64,000 nt of DNA from Azolla caroliniana (lineage: Eukaryota; Plantae; Polypodiophyta), in assembly GCA_043228905.1 (NCBI GenBank), contig JBHGNT010000013.1, positions 16,864,001-16,928,000 of the forward strand, in the 5' to 3' direction. The notes under the pieces are model-generated. The model ran no database searches. It had not been told where the DNA came from and was given only the letters and a program-made list of their open reading frames with translations. This document shows positions 38,387 to 51,800 of the stretch, piece after piece. Within the stretch, counting starts at the first letter, position 1. Every line of letters starts with the position of its first letter. The translations under genes and the position numbers were made by a program.

Positions 38387-39769
38387 ATGGAGTTGGAAGA
38401 CAACGACCTTGCGGAGATGGTGGCCGAAGTGGTGTTGGAGTCGGCACGAGTGGTGATGAGGCGAGAAGCAGCGCAACAGGCGGTTGAGCGAGTGGTCGAA
38501 AGAGTCGGCCGTTTCAACGAGGACAAAGTCCCATCTTACTTGGAAGCCTACAACGCGGAAATGGAGGAGCGTGGCGTAGACGAGGCGTTGAGGCTGAAGT
38601 TCTTCTGTCGGGTCGTGGCTATCCGGATGCATGCGGAAATAAAGGAGCTCCGTGAGGCTCATAGTTCGTGGGAGGCCTTCGAAGAGGCGCTCCTGAAGGC
38701 ATACGGAGGACGGCGGAAGATCCGGGGACGACACGACTTTGACCGGTGGGTTGCATCGATAAAGACCCACCGGGGCGCGACCAAGGCGTTCCGAGAGTTC
38801 GAGCGACGGCTTGCTCGGCTCCCGGAGCGGGAACAAGGTTTGGTGGGGGCGGACAAGGTCCTATTGTTCGTTAGGTCGATCGACCGAACGGAACGGGAGG
38901 CCATCAGGATTGAGCTCGAAGACGATGATGGAGCGAATGGGCTTACGGAGGACTGGTCAAAGGTCGGGAGGGTGTGCCAACGGCTAGACAACGAGCGAGC
39001 CGAGAAGGCTAAGAGGAAGGTACGCGACGGCGTGCCATCACAGCGGGAAGAGGCCGAACGACAAAGGGAGTTGGCAAGGATCGGCGTTGGGGCCAGGATT
39101 GCGGAGGCGTACGTAGCTCTCGAGGCGATGCTCGAGGAAGAGGAAAGATCAAGGCCGCGAGCCAAGACTGAGGAGACGGACCTGCCCCACGCGACGGCGG
39201 AAGATCGGTACCACGGTACCACGGGAGAGGGTGCGGAACGAAACGCCCTCTCGACTTGCGGAGATAGAACGGCCAAGGACGAGGCCAAGATACAGATCGC
39301 GGAACCGGAACGTTGGGACCAGCGGTTTCGGGCGTGTCAACCCGAGATCCCGGTCATGGGTGAAGCAAGCCCAGACGGGGCTTGCGCGATCCGTAAGAAG
39401 ACGACCGCCGACCACGGAGAGCCGATGGCTACGGACAAGGGCGTAAATCGGACGGGCGATTCTTTGTGTCTTCCCATACTAGCTCCCGAGACGATGGCAG
39501 TCGGGCCCGAGTGCCCACGTGAGTCCCAAGCGGAGGAAGGCGGCGGCGATAGGCCAAGGATCACCGGCGAGATGATACGGGGAAAGAGCGAACGAAAGCC
39601 CGCGGACCCGATTTCGGAGAACTCGGCATTCGGGCCCGTATGCCCATGCAAGACCGAGGAGATGGATGGCGGTACCGAGGAGTCCTGGCACGATGCCAGC
39701 GAAGTCGGATGGCAAACGGCCTGCGTGGAGGCCGAGGACGGACGCGACACGAGGAGATCGGCATTCTGA
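38387..39769 (+). CDS. gag: B1 Gag-like protein (460 aa), no zinc knuckle or protease
   Basis: N-terminal ~190 aa align by eye with Gag of Gypsy-A/C (VGRFNEDKVPSYLEAY; KVLLFVRSIDRTERE..LEDDDGANGLTEDWSKV). The rest is low-complexity. Confidence 0.8.
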   Translation: MELEDNDLAEMVAEVVLESARVVMRREAAQQAVERVVERVGRFNEDKVPSYLEAYNAEMEERGVDEALRLKFFCRVVAIRMHAEIKELREAHSSWEAFEEALLKAYGGRRKIRGRHDFDRWVASIKTHRGATKAFREFERRLARLPEREQGLVGADKVLLFVRSIDRTEREAIRIELEDDDGANGLTEDWSKVGRVCQRLDNERAEKAKRKVRDGVPSQREEAERQRELARIGVGARIAEAYVALEAMLEEEERSRPRAKTEETDLPHATAEDRYHGTTGEGAERNALSTCGDRTAKDEAKIQIAEPERWDQRFRACQPEIPVMGEASPDGACAIRKKTTADHGEPMATDKGVNRTGDSLCLPILAPETMAVGPECPRESQAEEGGGDRPRITGEMIRGKSERKPADPISENSAFGPVCPCKTEEMDGGTEESWHDASEVGWQTACVEAEDGRDTRRSAF

Positions 39770-41421
39770 TACGGGTGGAGCATAATTCGGTCGTGGATCG
39801 TTCGATCGGGGCCGGATTCGGCATGAAAGTGCCGAAACGGAAGAGGGTGCGGGACGAGCCGCCCTGTTTTACATGGGGAGAAAGACGGACCGGGCGAAGG
39901 TCGAGATTTGGAAAGAGAATGAAAGTTGGTCCTATGGGATTCCTTATACCGATCCGGCTGTAGGCCCGAGTGCCGGCGTGAGTCCGAGAGAGAGATCGGT
40001 GGCGACAGGAGAACGGGACTCGGCAATCTGGGAAAAGACGAACGAACCCGAGCGAGAATCGGGCGGAACGGACTCCCGGATGACCATTCCGGGAGGGAGG
40101 AAGAGAGAAGGCCTACTAAGAGGTCAAGGACATGGTACGTCGGTACCATGGGATAGGGTGCGGAGTAAACCGCCCTCTCGGCATGCGGAAAAGGACGACC
40201 CGGGACAGGGTCAAGAAGGCGACGAACGCCCAAGGAGGATCCTTCACACCGGTTCTAGAGACTTCGGCAGTCGGCAACGCGGTCGACGTAAGACCAAGAT
40301 ACTGACGGTGGCGGCGAGGCGACGAAGGCAAGGGCTACGGATGGGCGGTCTACGAAGGATCCTTCACACCGGTTCTAGAGACTTCGGCAGTCGGCAACGC
40401 GGTCGATGTAAGACCAAGATACTAACGGTGGCGGCAAGGTGACGAAGGCAATGGGCGTAAGGAAGTCCGGTCCTACGGGATCCCCACACTTAACCGGAGA
40501 CTCCAGCTATTTGGCCAACGTGGCAACGTAAGACCGAGGGAGAAGGAAGGTGGCGGCGGGAAACGGGACCCGGCTACACGGAAGACACGAGGAGAGTCCG
40601 GGAGTGACTCAAAACAAAGGCACCCGAATTACGACAAGCATAGAAATGGAGTCCGGTCCTATGGGACCCTCACACCGATCCGGAGACTCCGGCAATTCGG
40701 CCAGCGTGGCAACATGAGACAGAGAGAGAAGGTTGGTGGCGCCAAGGAACGGGACCCGACGACACGAGGTTTCGGAAGGAGCCGGTAGGGGCAAACACGG
40801 GGAGGTGTGTCAGGCCGGAAGGGCACACCTGGAACAAAACAAGAGTCTCGCAAATGGCCATTGCGGTGTTGTGAAGAATTTCGGCCAGAGGCGGAAATCG
40901 GGAACATTGGCTACATCGGCGGGGTGCAGCGTGTGTACGCACCCATGTACATTTAGTGTGAATATCGAGGGCGCCTTTATGGCGCCCAAGAGTAGTCAAG
41001 TCGGGACAGACGATCCCATGTAAGTCGGGATTTGTCCCACATTGTAATGCATCCCTTTCCTTGATCTATAAAAGGAAGGGAACGCCCTTTGTGTAAGGGT
41101 TGCCCATTTTTGCATTAGAGGGTATACCGGTAGGTTTAGGGTAAGGTTTCTTCTGCTTCTTCTTCTTCCCCTTCGTGTTTGTTTAGGGTTGGCTTCAGCT
41201 CATCTCCTGCGCAAGACCGCCCTAGGCGCGACGAGCCCGTGAGCTCCCCGACGGCGGCTTGGCAGTAGACGACTACTGTAACCTACCTCAGTCCGGCTCG
41301 AAGCCGGGAGTGTATTCTTCTTATATATATATATACATATACGTTTGCGTCTGTCTGTGTATATTGGTGTCTTGTTGGTGTCAGGTGCTCCCCTCCTTCT
41401 CTGCGTTTCATGTACAAGAGG

Positions 41422-41452
<31 letters not shown>

Positions 41453-41657
41453 AGTCAGTGTCAAGCACGCTCTCTCACTCCCTCTCTCCCTTCGGCTGCT
41501 TCCTGTGCGTTTCAGGGGTGCCCAGAAACGGTGAAGTGCGACTTCCTACGCTCCGTCGCTCCCTAGTCCAAGACCCCCGTGGTCCCGCCTTTCTCCACGC
41601 ACGCGCGTAACAACGCGACATATTTGGTGAACCCGACCTGAAAGGCGGCAAGGGAGG

Positions 41658-43092
41658 ATGGAGTCAGAAGACGACAACCTTGCGGAGATGGTGGCCGAAA
41701 TGGTGTTGGAGTCGGCACGAGTGGTGATGAGGCGAGAAGCAGCGCAACAAGCGGTTGGGCGAGTGGTCGAAAGAGTCGGCCGTTTCAATGGGGACAAAGT
41801 CCCATCTTACTTGGAAGCCTACAACGCGGAAATGGAAGAGCGTGGCGTAGACGAGGCGTTGAGGCTGGAGTTCTTCTGTCGGGTCGTAGCTGTCCGGATG
41901 CATGTGGAAGTAATGGAGGATGCATGTGGAAGTAATGGAGCTCCGTGAGGCTCATGGTTCGTGGGAGGCCTTCGAAGAGGCGCTCCTGAAGGCATATGGA
42001 GGACGGCGGAAGAACCGGGGACGGCACCACTTCGACCAGTGGGTAGCCTCGGCAAAGACCCACCAGGGTGTGACGAAGGCGTTCTGGGAGTTCGAGCGAC
42101 GACTTGGTCGGCTCCCAGAGTGGGAACAAGGTCAAAGTCCTTTTGTTCGTCAGGTCAATCGACCGAGCGGAACGGGAAGCCATCGGGATTGAGCTCGAAG
42201 ACGATGATGGAGCGAATGGGCTTATGGAGGACTGGTCGAAGGTCGGAAGGGTGTGCCAAAGGCTAGACAACGAGCGAGTCGAGAAGGCTAAGAGGAAGGT
42301 ACGCGACGGCGTGCCATCACAACGGGAAGAGGCCGAACGGCAAAGAGAGTCGGCAAGGGTCGGCGTTGGGGCTAGGATTGCGGAGGCGTACGCAGCGCTC
42401 AAAGCGATGCTCGAGGAAGAGGGGAAAATCAAAGCCGAAGAAGGGCTTATTATGGAGTCGGGCCGGAGGTGATCGGAGGATGAGGAGGCCGAAAGAGAAT
42501 GGTACGTCGGTACCACGGGAAAGGGCGCGGGACGAGCCACCCTCTCGACTTGCGGAGATAGAACGGCCAAGGACGAGGCCGAGATACCGATCGCGGAACC
42601 GGAACGTTGGGACCAATGGTTTCGGGCGTGTCAGCCCGAGATCCCGGTCATTGGAGAAGCAAGACTAGACGGGGCTTGCGCGATCAGTAAGAAGACGACC
42701 GCCGACCACAAAGAGTCGGTGGCTACGAACAAGGGCGTAAAACGATTGCTCCAGAGACGATGGCAGTCGAGCCCGAATACCCGCGTAAGTCCCAAGCGAA
42801 GGAAGGCGGCCGTGGAGGGCCAAGAATCACCGGCGAGACGATACGGGGAAGGAGCGGACGAAAGCCCACGGACCCGATTCCGGAGAACTCGGCATTCGGG
42901 CCCGTATGCCCATGTCAGACCGAGGAGATGGATGGCGGTACCGAGGAGTCCTGGCACGATGCCAGCGAAGTCGGATGGGAAACGGCCTGCGAGGAGGCCG
43001 AGGGCGGACGCGGCACGAGGAGATCGGCATTCCGATACGGGTGGAGCATAATCTGGTCGTGGATCGTTCGATCAGGGCCGGAGTCGGCATGA
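41658..43092 (+). pseudogene. gag: B2 gag-like ORF, frameshifted
   Basis: Fragments 41658-41948, 41920-42192, 42104-42472 and 42760-43092 are near-identical to the B1 ORF; 22-bp duplication at ~41896-41939. Confidence 0.88.
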
Positions 43093-43094
43093 AA

Positions 43095-43745
43095 GTGCCG
43101 ATATGGAAGGGGGTGCGGGACGAGCCGCCCTCTTTTACATGGGGAGAAAGACGGACCGGGCGAAGGTCGAGATTTGGAAAGAGAATGAAAGTCGGTCCTA
43201 TGGGATTCCTTACGCCAATCGGGCTGCATGCCCGAGTGCTGGCGTAAGTCCTATACGAGAGACGATGGCGACAGGAGAACAGGACTCGGCAATCCGGAGA
43301 AGGACTAACGGGTGCCGATACGGAAGGGGGTGCGGGACGAGCCGCCCTCTTTTACATGGGGAGAAAGACGGACCGGGCGAAGGTCGAGATTTGGAAAGAG
43401 AATGAAAGTCGGTCCTATGGGATTCCTTACGCCAATCGGGCTGCAGGCCCGAGTGCTGGCGTAAGTCCTGTACGAGAGACGATGGCGACAGGAGAACAGG
43501 ACTCGGCAATCCGGAGAAGGACTAACGGGTGCCGATACGGAAGGGGGTGCGGGACGAGCCGCCCTCTTTTACATGGGGAGAAAGACGGACCGGGCGAAGG
43601 TCGAGATTTGGAAAGAGAATGAAAGTCGGTCCTATGGGATTCCTTACGCCAATCGGGCTGCAGGCCCGAGTGCTGGCGTAAGTCCTGTACGAGAGACGAT
43701 GGCGACAGGAGAACAGGACTCGGCAATCCGGAGAAGGACTAACGG
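43095..43745. repeat. 217-bp tandem triplication in B2
   Basis: Units start at 43095, 43312 and 43529; B1 has a single copy (~39828-40045). Confidence 0.93.
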
Positions 43746-46700
43746 ACCCGGACTAGAACCGGGCGGAGCGGACTCCCGGATGAACATTCCGGGAGGGAGG
43801 AAGAGAGCAGGTCTACGAAGAGGCCGAGGACACGGTACGTCGGTACCACGGGAGAGGGTGCGGAGTAAACCTTCACACCGGTTCTAGAGACGAATGCCGA
43901 CAGAGGATCCTTCACACCGGTTCTAGAGACTTCGGCAGTGGGCAACGCGGTCGACGTAAGACCAAGATACTGACGGTGGCGGCGGGTGACGAAGGCAGGG
44001 GCTACGGAAGGGCGGCCTACGGAGGATCCTTCACACCGGTTCTGGAGACTTCGGCAGTCGGCAACGCGGTCGACGTAAGACCAAGATACTGACGGTGGCG
44101 GCGGGGTGACAAAGGCAATGGGCGTAAGGAGGTCCGGTCCTACGGGATCCCCACACTTAACCAGAGACTCCGGCAGTTCGGCCAACGTGGCAACGTGAGA
44201 CCGAGAGAGAAGGTTGGTGGCGGCGGGAAACGGGATCCGACTACGTGGAAGACACGAGGAGAGTCCGGGAGGGACTCAAACAAAGACACCCGACTTACGA
44301 CAAGCATAGAAACGGAGTCTGGTCCTATAGGACCCTCACACCGATCCGGAGGCTCCGGCAGTTCGGCCAACGTGGCAACGTGAGACCGAGGGAGAAGGAC
44401 GGTGGCGGCAGGGAACGGGACCCGACGGCACGAGGTTCGGAAGGAGCCGGAAAGGCACACCTTGGGCAGAATAAGAGTCTCGCAAGTGGCCATCGCGGGC
44501 CGGATCGAAGCGTGACTACGGGACGGTGTTTGGCGCGGGCGGGGCCGAACGAAGGAATCGGAAGATGGCACAAAGGAGGTGCTGAGAACGAAGTGACAAG
44601 TGCCTAGTGGACTGCATAGGATCGGAACCAGGATGGCAAGAGAGGCCGGAGGAGGATCCTCCACACTCGCTTCGTAGATCTAGGTAGCTCCGTCGAAGTA
44701 ACGAAGACTGACACGACAAGCCGGGGTGACAAGCTCGTGGGGGCGAGGGGATGACGGCAAGCGGAAGACTCAGGACCTGTTGCAGCAGCACGAAGACGGG
44801 AAGGGCCAAGCGGGCTACTACGGGGTGTTCCTCGAATGCAAAGGACACCGGTATGCGGGTGAACAGCGATGCACGATCTGGCCGGAAAGGGGCCGACGAG
44901 GAGTGCAACACGGGCAGTGCCAAACAATAGACGAGGGTATGTGGTACGCGGAGGTGCCGGAGCGGGAAGGTGAGCGCGGAGAAGGCCGGAAAGGGATCCT
45001 CCACACCATTCCGGAGACCATGGCGGATCGAGCCGACGCGGCAACGTAAGACCATGGAGAAGGAAGGTGGCGGCGGAAGGACGAAGGCGACTCGAAACAC
45101 CATCGGGACATCACGATTCGACAACGGAGGCCAAGCGGGCTGCCACGGGCATTCCTCAAGCGGAGGACATCGGGCATACGACGGAAGCGGGGCGTTCATA
45201 CGGCTGAACAAGGGCGAACGGAAGTACGCGTACTACGGAGATCGCGGCAGAGGACCCATCGACGGGTCGAACGAGCCTACGGGGAGGCGAGCGCGAAGGA
45301 AGACTCGAAGCCGACAGGTCAAACCGGCAGTGAGCCGAGATGCGGATCACGAAAGACCGGTTTCTCACTGGCCGAAATCTCTCACCCTTCAACTGGACTT
45401 GGCACATACCGGTGGATGTGCGGTTAGGTGGGGGCGGATGTCGTGAAGAATTTCGGCCAGAGGCGGAAATCGGGAACATTGGCTACATCGGCGGGGTGCA
45501 GCGTGTGTATCGAGGGCACCTTTATGGCGCCCAAGAGTAGTCAAGTCGGGACAGACGATCCCATGTAAGTCGGGATTAGTCCCACATTGTAACACATCCC
45601 TTTCCTTGATCCATAAAAGGAAGGGAACGCCCTTTGTGTAAGGGTTGCCCATTTTTGCATTAGAGGGTATACCGGTAGGTTTAGGGTAAGGTTTCTTCTG
45701 CTTCTTCTTCTTCCCCTTCGTGTTCGTTTAGGGTTGGCTTCAGCTCATCTCCTGCGCAAGACCCCGCTTGGCGCGACGAGCCCGTGAGCTCCCCGACGGC
45801 GGCTTGGCAGCAGACGACTACTGTAACCTACCTCAGTCCGGCTCGAAGCCGGGAGTGTATTCTTCTTATATATATATATATATACATATACGTTTGCGTC
45901 TGTCTGTGTATATTGGCGTGTTGTTGGTGTCGGGTGCTCCCCTCCTTCCCTGCGTTTCTTGTACAAGAGGGTGTGTGTGTGTGTATGTGTGCGCGCGCGC
46001 GTGAGTCGGTGTCCAGCACGCTCTCTCACTCCCTCTCTCCCTTCGGCTGCTTCCTGTGCGTTTCAGGGGTGCCCAGAAACGGTGAAGTGCGACTTCCTAC
46101 GCTCCGTCGCTCCCTAGTCCAAGACCCCCGTGGTCCCGCCTTTCTCCGCGCACGCGCGTAACAATGCGACAGCGGGCCAGATCGAAGCGTGACTACGGGA
46201 CGGTGTTCGGCGCGGGCGGGGCCGAACGAAGGAAGGGAAAGACGGCACAAGAGAGGTGTCGGGGACGAGGTGACAAGAGCCTAGTGGACTGCACAGGGCC
46301 GGAGTCAGGGGATGGCAAGAGAAGCCGGAGGAGGATCCTCCACACTCGCTTCATAGATCTCGGTAGCTCCGTCGATGTAGCGAAGATTGACACGGCAAGC
46401 CCGGGGTGACAAGCTGGTGGGGGCGAGGGGACGACGGCAAGTGGAAGACTCAGGAGCTATCGCGGCAGCACGAAGACGGGAAGGGCCAAGCGGGCTACTA
46501 CGGAAACCGGTATGCGGGTGAGCGGAGATGCACGATCTGGCCAAAACGGGGGCCGACAAGGCGTGCAATGAACCGAAGTGCGACACAGGCAGTGCCAAAC
46601 GACGGACGAGGGTATGTGGCACACGGAGGTGCCGGAGCGGAAAGGCGAGCGCGGAGATAGGTTGCACGGTTCGGAGGTATCGCGGGGAAGACTAGAAAGG

Positions 46701-47722
46701 GATCCTCCACACCGTTCCGGAGACCATGGCGGTTCGAGCCAACGCGGCGATGTAAGACCATGGAGAAGGAAGGTGGCGGCGAAAGGATGAAGGCAACGCG
46801 AAACAACATGGGACGACCATCAGGACATCACGGTTGGACGATGGAGGCCAAGCGGGCCACTACGGGCATGCCTCAAGCGGAGGACATCGGCCATACGGCG
46901 CGAAGTGGGGCGTTCATACGGCCGAACAAGGGCCAACGGAAGTACGCGTACTACGGAGATCGCGGCAGAGGACCCATCGACGGGTCGAACGAGCCTATAG
47001 GGAGGCGAGTGCGAAGGAAGACTCGATGCCGACGGATCAAACCAGGTTTCTCACCGAGCCGAGATGCGGATCACAGGAGACCGGTTTCTCACCGGCCGAA
47101 ATCTCTCACCCTTCAACCAGGTTTGGCACGTACCGGTGGACGTGCAGATAGGTGGGGGCGGATGTCGTGAAGAATTTCGGCCAGAGGCGGAAACCGGGAA
47201 ACATTGGCTACCTCGGCGGGGTGCAGCGTGTGTACGCACCCATGTACATTTAGTGTGAATATCGAGGGCGCCTTTATGGCGCCCAAGAGTAGTCAAGTCG
47301 GGACAGACGATCCCATGTAAGTCGGGATTTGTCCCACATTGTAACGCATCCCTTTCCTTGTTCTATAAAAGGAAGGGAACGCCCTTTGTGAAAGGGTTGC
47401 CCATTTTGCATTAGAGGGTATACCGTTAGGTTTAGAGTTAGTTTCTTCTTCTTCTCCCCCTTCGTGTTCGTTTAGGGTTTGCTTCAGCTCATCTCCTACG
47501 CAAGACCCCGCTCGGCGCGACGAGCCCGTGAGCTCCCCGACCGGCGGCTTGGCAGCTGACGACTACTGTAACCTACCTTGGTCCGACTTGAAGCCGGGAA
47601 TGTATTCTTCTTTTATATACATATATGCGTTTGCATCTATCTGTGTATATTCGCGTCTTCGTTGGCGTCGGGTGCTTCCCCTTTCCTGCACTTCCTGTAC
47701 TTAAGGGTGTGAGTCGGGTTGG

Positions 47723-47758
<36 letters not shown>

Positions 47759-47782
47759 TGAGTGTGAGCGAGTCGGTGTTAA

Positions 47783-47824
<42 letters not shown>

Positions 47825-48825
47825 TTTCTCTCTCTCTCTCCCTTCGGTTGCTTCCGGTGTGCTTCTGGGATGCCCCGGAAACGGTGAAGCACGACTTCCT
47901 ACGCTCCATCACTCCCTAGTCCAAGACCCCCGTGGTCCCGCCTTTCTCCACGCACGCGCGTTGTCGAGATATTACGCAAGTGCGTGTGGGAACGAGGCGG
48001 GACCGCGGGGGTCTCGAACCAAAGAGCAAGCGAGGGAGGAGAAAGAGAGAGAACCTGCTACGCAGGACCGGGGATACACAGGGACACGGCCCTTCAGCAC
48101 GGAGAACGCGAACAGACACCGACACAGACAGATGCGAATGACTAAATATGTATATTAACAAAAATGGCTAACACGACTACAACCCTCGATGGGGCACAGG
48201 TTGGTTACAACCGAACAAGCCGGCGAACAGATGCCGATGCTTGTTCGCTTCGACGCACAAAGGGGTAGCAGGTCGGAGGTGCTGCCGGAAGCACTCGGGC
48301 GTTCCTCGAAACAGCGCGAGCCTCCTCGGAACCCTGCACAGAAAAGCTATGGAGCTCAAGAAGGAAGGAAACAGAGAGAGAAGCGTCCAGAAACGGTCCG
48401 ACAGCACTTCGTCCTCTCTGCGCGAGATCCCTGCAACAGCTCTTTCCTGCTCCTTATATAGGCCGACGAGCAGGCCGTCATGTCAGCTTTATTCCCTGTC
48501 CCTTTCGAACAGGGATCCGCTCCGTTCTTCACGCATCCGCGTAGTTACGCCGCCGACTCGTACAGTTCCTTAGCTCGCGCGCGCGACCGAAAAGACTGTT
48601 CACGCGGTCTTTGTCTCCACTTGTGTTAGGGCCCGTTCCTGCCGATTATCCTCCTAATTCGCTTCTATGTACAACTTGGAGCGTGCGCGCGTGAAGAACC
48701 GGTTCCCACGCCTTGGTGCGCCGATTCCGCTTATGGACGGTTTTCTTCACGACATCCGCCCCCACCTAACCGCGCATCCTCCGGTATGCGCCAAGAGAGT
48801 TGGGACGGAGAAAACCGGCCTGTCT

Positions 48826-51800
48826 TCATTCCTCGCCCGTCGGTTCTTCCTCGTTTTCGGATCGTTCGTCACTGCTGACTAGGAGAGCCGGGTCTGGCTC
48901 GTCGTCGTGTCGCTTCTTGAACGCTTTGATCCGCTTCCCTGCAACCGGTATCGCCATTCTCGTGCCGTCGAGTTCCGCCAGGTGATATGTCCCGTTGTCA
49001 TTGGCGCTCCGTACCACGTAAGGCCCGAACCACCTTCGTGCGAACTTCCGTGTAGCTCGGTGCTGGTTGTCGAGGCTGCTGTCGTAGACAAGCACCCAGT
49101 CACCTTCTTCGATTTTCTTCGGTCGGAGCCGGTGCGTTCGGTCGAACCTGGCTTTGTTCTTCGTCCTCGCCACTCGGAGCTTCTCCGCAGCCAGTTCCAC
49201 GTCCTCCGGTCTCCGCTCGAGCTGTCGTATACGCGCGGCCAACAACTCCTCCCGGCTCATCTCGTCCCTCCAATCGACCGTTGCCCATGAGGAGATCGTC
49301 TGTTCCATCGGCATGATCGGCTTCTGGCCGAACATAAGCTCCGTCGGCATGTACCCGGTTGCCGAACTGTGCGTGGTCCGGTCTGCCCACAAAGCATAAG
49401 GTAGCAGCCGCGGCCAGTTACCGACTCGGCCTCCACATGCCCGAACCAACGCCTTGACGATCGGTCCGTGTCCGCGCTCCACCTTTCCATTCGCCTCTGG
49501 ATTGTACGCAGTGGTGAGCGAGAGCTTGATTCCCAGCCGGTCGAACAGCTCCGCGGCTTCTTCGGCGTCCAACTCCCCTCGGTCAGCCACGATCTTCCCG
49601 ACGCACCCGTACCGGCATATCACGTCCTCGATTAGGAACCGACATACGGCCGTGGTCGTTTTGTTCGGAAGGGCCCGGCCTTCCACCTGGTTCGTCAGAT
49701 CCTCCCGCGCTAGGACCAGGTACCGCATCTGTCCTACTCCCATTGGCATCGTTACCAGATCTACCATCCATTTGAAATGGATGGCCGGAGGGTACGTAGG
49801 GTGAAGCTCGTCTCGATGTCGGACTACGGAGTGCATCTGACAGCTCTCGCAAGTTGCCACGAACCGATGCACGTCCTGGTACTGCCCCGGCCACCAATAC
49901 TTCCCCTTCAGTTTCTCAAACGTAGCCCATGTTCCACGGTGTCCAGCCCAAGGGCTGTCGTGGTAGGCCGCTAGCAGCTCCTCCTGATCTTCCTTCATTG
50001 CCACCACCCGGAGCGGGACGCCGTTCCTCTTCTTCGGGTGCTTCCACAAGTACCCATCCCGGAGAAAGAACCGGTACGCTTTCTTCCGGATCCGGTTGGC
50101 CTCGTCCTTCGTCCATGACGCATCGGGCGTCATTGTCTTCAAAAACCCACCGATCTGCAGCCACTCCCCGTCGTACTTGCTCGCGTCGAAGTCGCTAAGC
50201 GCCGGAGTGCTTGTTCCGTCGGTTGTTACAAACGCAGTCTCGAAGAAGTCCACGCGGACCTCTTCGTCCTCCGAAACCATGCCGCCCTCGTCATCGAATC
50301 TCGCCCTTGAAAGCATGTCGGCTATGGCGTTGTCTTTCCCGGAAATGTGTCGTATTTCCGGGTCCAGGGACTTGATGTACGCTATCCACCTGAGCATTGC
50401 TAGGTCCGGCGTCGCGCATCCGGAAACCATGCCGAGAATCGGCATGCAATCCGTCTCTATGATTACCTCTGTCCCGATCAGATAGTCCTTGTCGGCCTTC
50501 ACCGCCGAAACGACACCCCAGAGTTCGCGTTTAACCTGGGCGTATCCTCGCTGCCGCTCACTGAGGACCTTCGCGCCGAATCGGATCGGAAACCGATTGC
50601 CGTCCTCGTCTTCTTGGTTGACGACCCACCCGATTCCGGTCGGACTCGTGTCAACCGTTATGTACACTGGGGTGCCCTTCCTGTAGACGGCCTTTCGGAG
50701 CGCCGGTGCTGCCGAAAGAGCCTCCTTCAGCTTCCGGACCGACTCCGTGTGCTTGTCTAGCCATTCGAATCTTCGCCCTTTCTTTAATAATCCGTATAGC
50801 GGCTCCGCAACGTGGGCGTAATGCGGGATCCATATGTGGTAGAATGCGCATGCCCCCAGGAATCTCCGTACTTCCGTGACCGAGCTGCAGTCGGGCTTCA
50901 TCGCGGAGATGGCTTCTACCTTTGCCGGAGACGGTTTCCGGCCATATGGCCCACATAAGTGTCCGACCACCATGATTTCCGACTGCCCGAAGGCTGATTT
51001 CTCCCCCGAGAAGGTGAGCCTCGCATCCTCTAGCCTTTGCAGCACCTTCTCGCAGTCGTCGATGTGCGTCATCACGAATCGCCGGCATGCGTCCGGCCCG
51101 ATCGTCTCGTCCTTCTCTTCTACCGGGCATCCCTTGATCGGGATGTCGTCTAGAAACGGCATGGTGATGTCCGGGATGCAGTCCCTCAGCACCTTGTTCA
51201 TTGCATTCACCATGTGGGCCACCGAGTTGGTCCCTCCTTGCGGCAGCGTACACATCCGCACTAGGCCGAGGGGAGTTCGCATCGTCGTAATGTCTCTGCT
51301 CTCCACGGCTAGCTGGAACTGGTCGTACCCTGAGTATAGATCACCGACCGAGTAAATCGACCTTCCGGCGAAGGCCTCCGCGAACTCGTCTATGGTCGGT
51401 CCGATCCCTGCGTTCCGAATGGTCACTCTATTGACCGGCTGCAGGTCCTGAATGAAGCGCAACGATCCGTTTTTCTTTGGTACGGTAAACCATCGGTTTG
51501 AATACGGGGCGCTCGACGGCTCGAGAATGCCCATATCAACTTTCTGCTTCAACAGCTCCATCAACTTCGGGATGTGAGCTCTCGGAACCGGAATTGGCTT
51601 GAGATTCCACGGTACATGCGGTACCGTGAATATCACCATCGGCTCTACGATCGTCGGGTCTACGCACCCGATTTCCTCCGGTGAGAATGCGAAGGCTTTC
51701 CTGTGCCTTCCGAGCATTCTCCGAAACCGGTCTTCCTCCGCCGGTAGTAGGAACCCGCCCCCACCGATTTTGAGCTCCCGGAGCGACTCGTTGGTGAAGG

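Larger units (their letters stand above)
40867..46171 (+). mobile_element. Element B2: second copy of the gag-only family nested in B1
   Basis: LTRs at 40867-41620 and 45439-46171. TSD GCGG at 40863-40866 and 46172-46175; the uninterrupted homologous site is visible at ~44488-44512. PBS at 41625-41642 (17/18 tRNA-Trp). Confidence 0.95.

Noticed and set aside
43095-44150. Repeat arrays as CRISPR-like
   Set aside because: They are plain tandem duplications without unique spacers, there are no cas genes, and the context is a eukaryotic TE.
39337-47296. Many overlapping 100-300 aa ORFs on both strands (possible env or extra genes)
   Set aside because: Expected in GC-rich, stop-poor repeats. They are not frame-conserved between B1 and B2 and show no transmembrane or other domain motifs.
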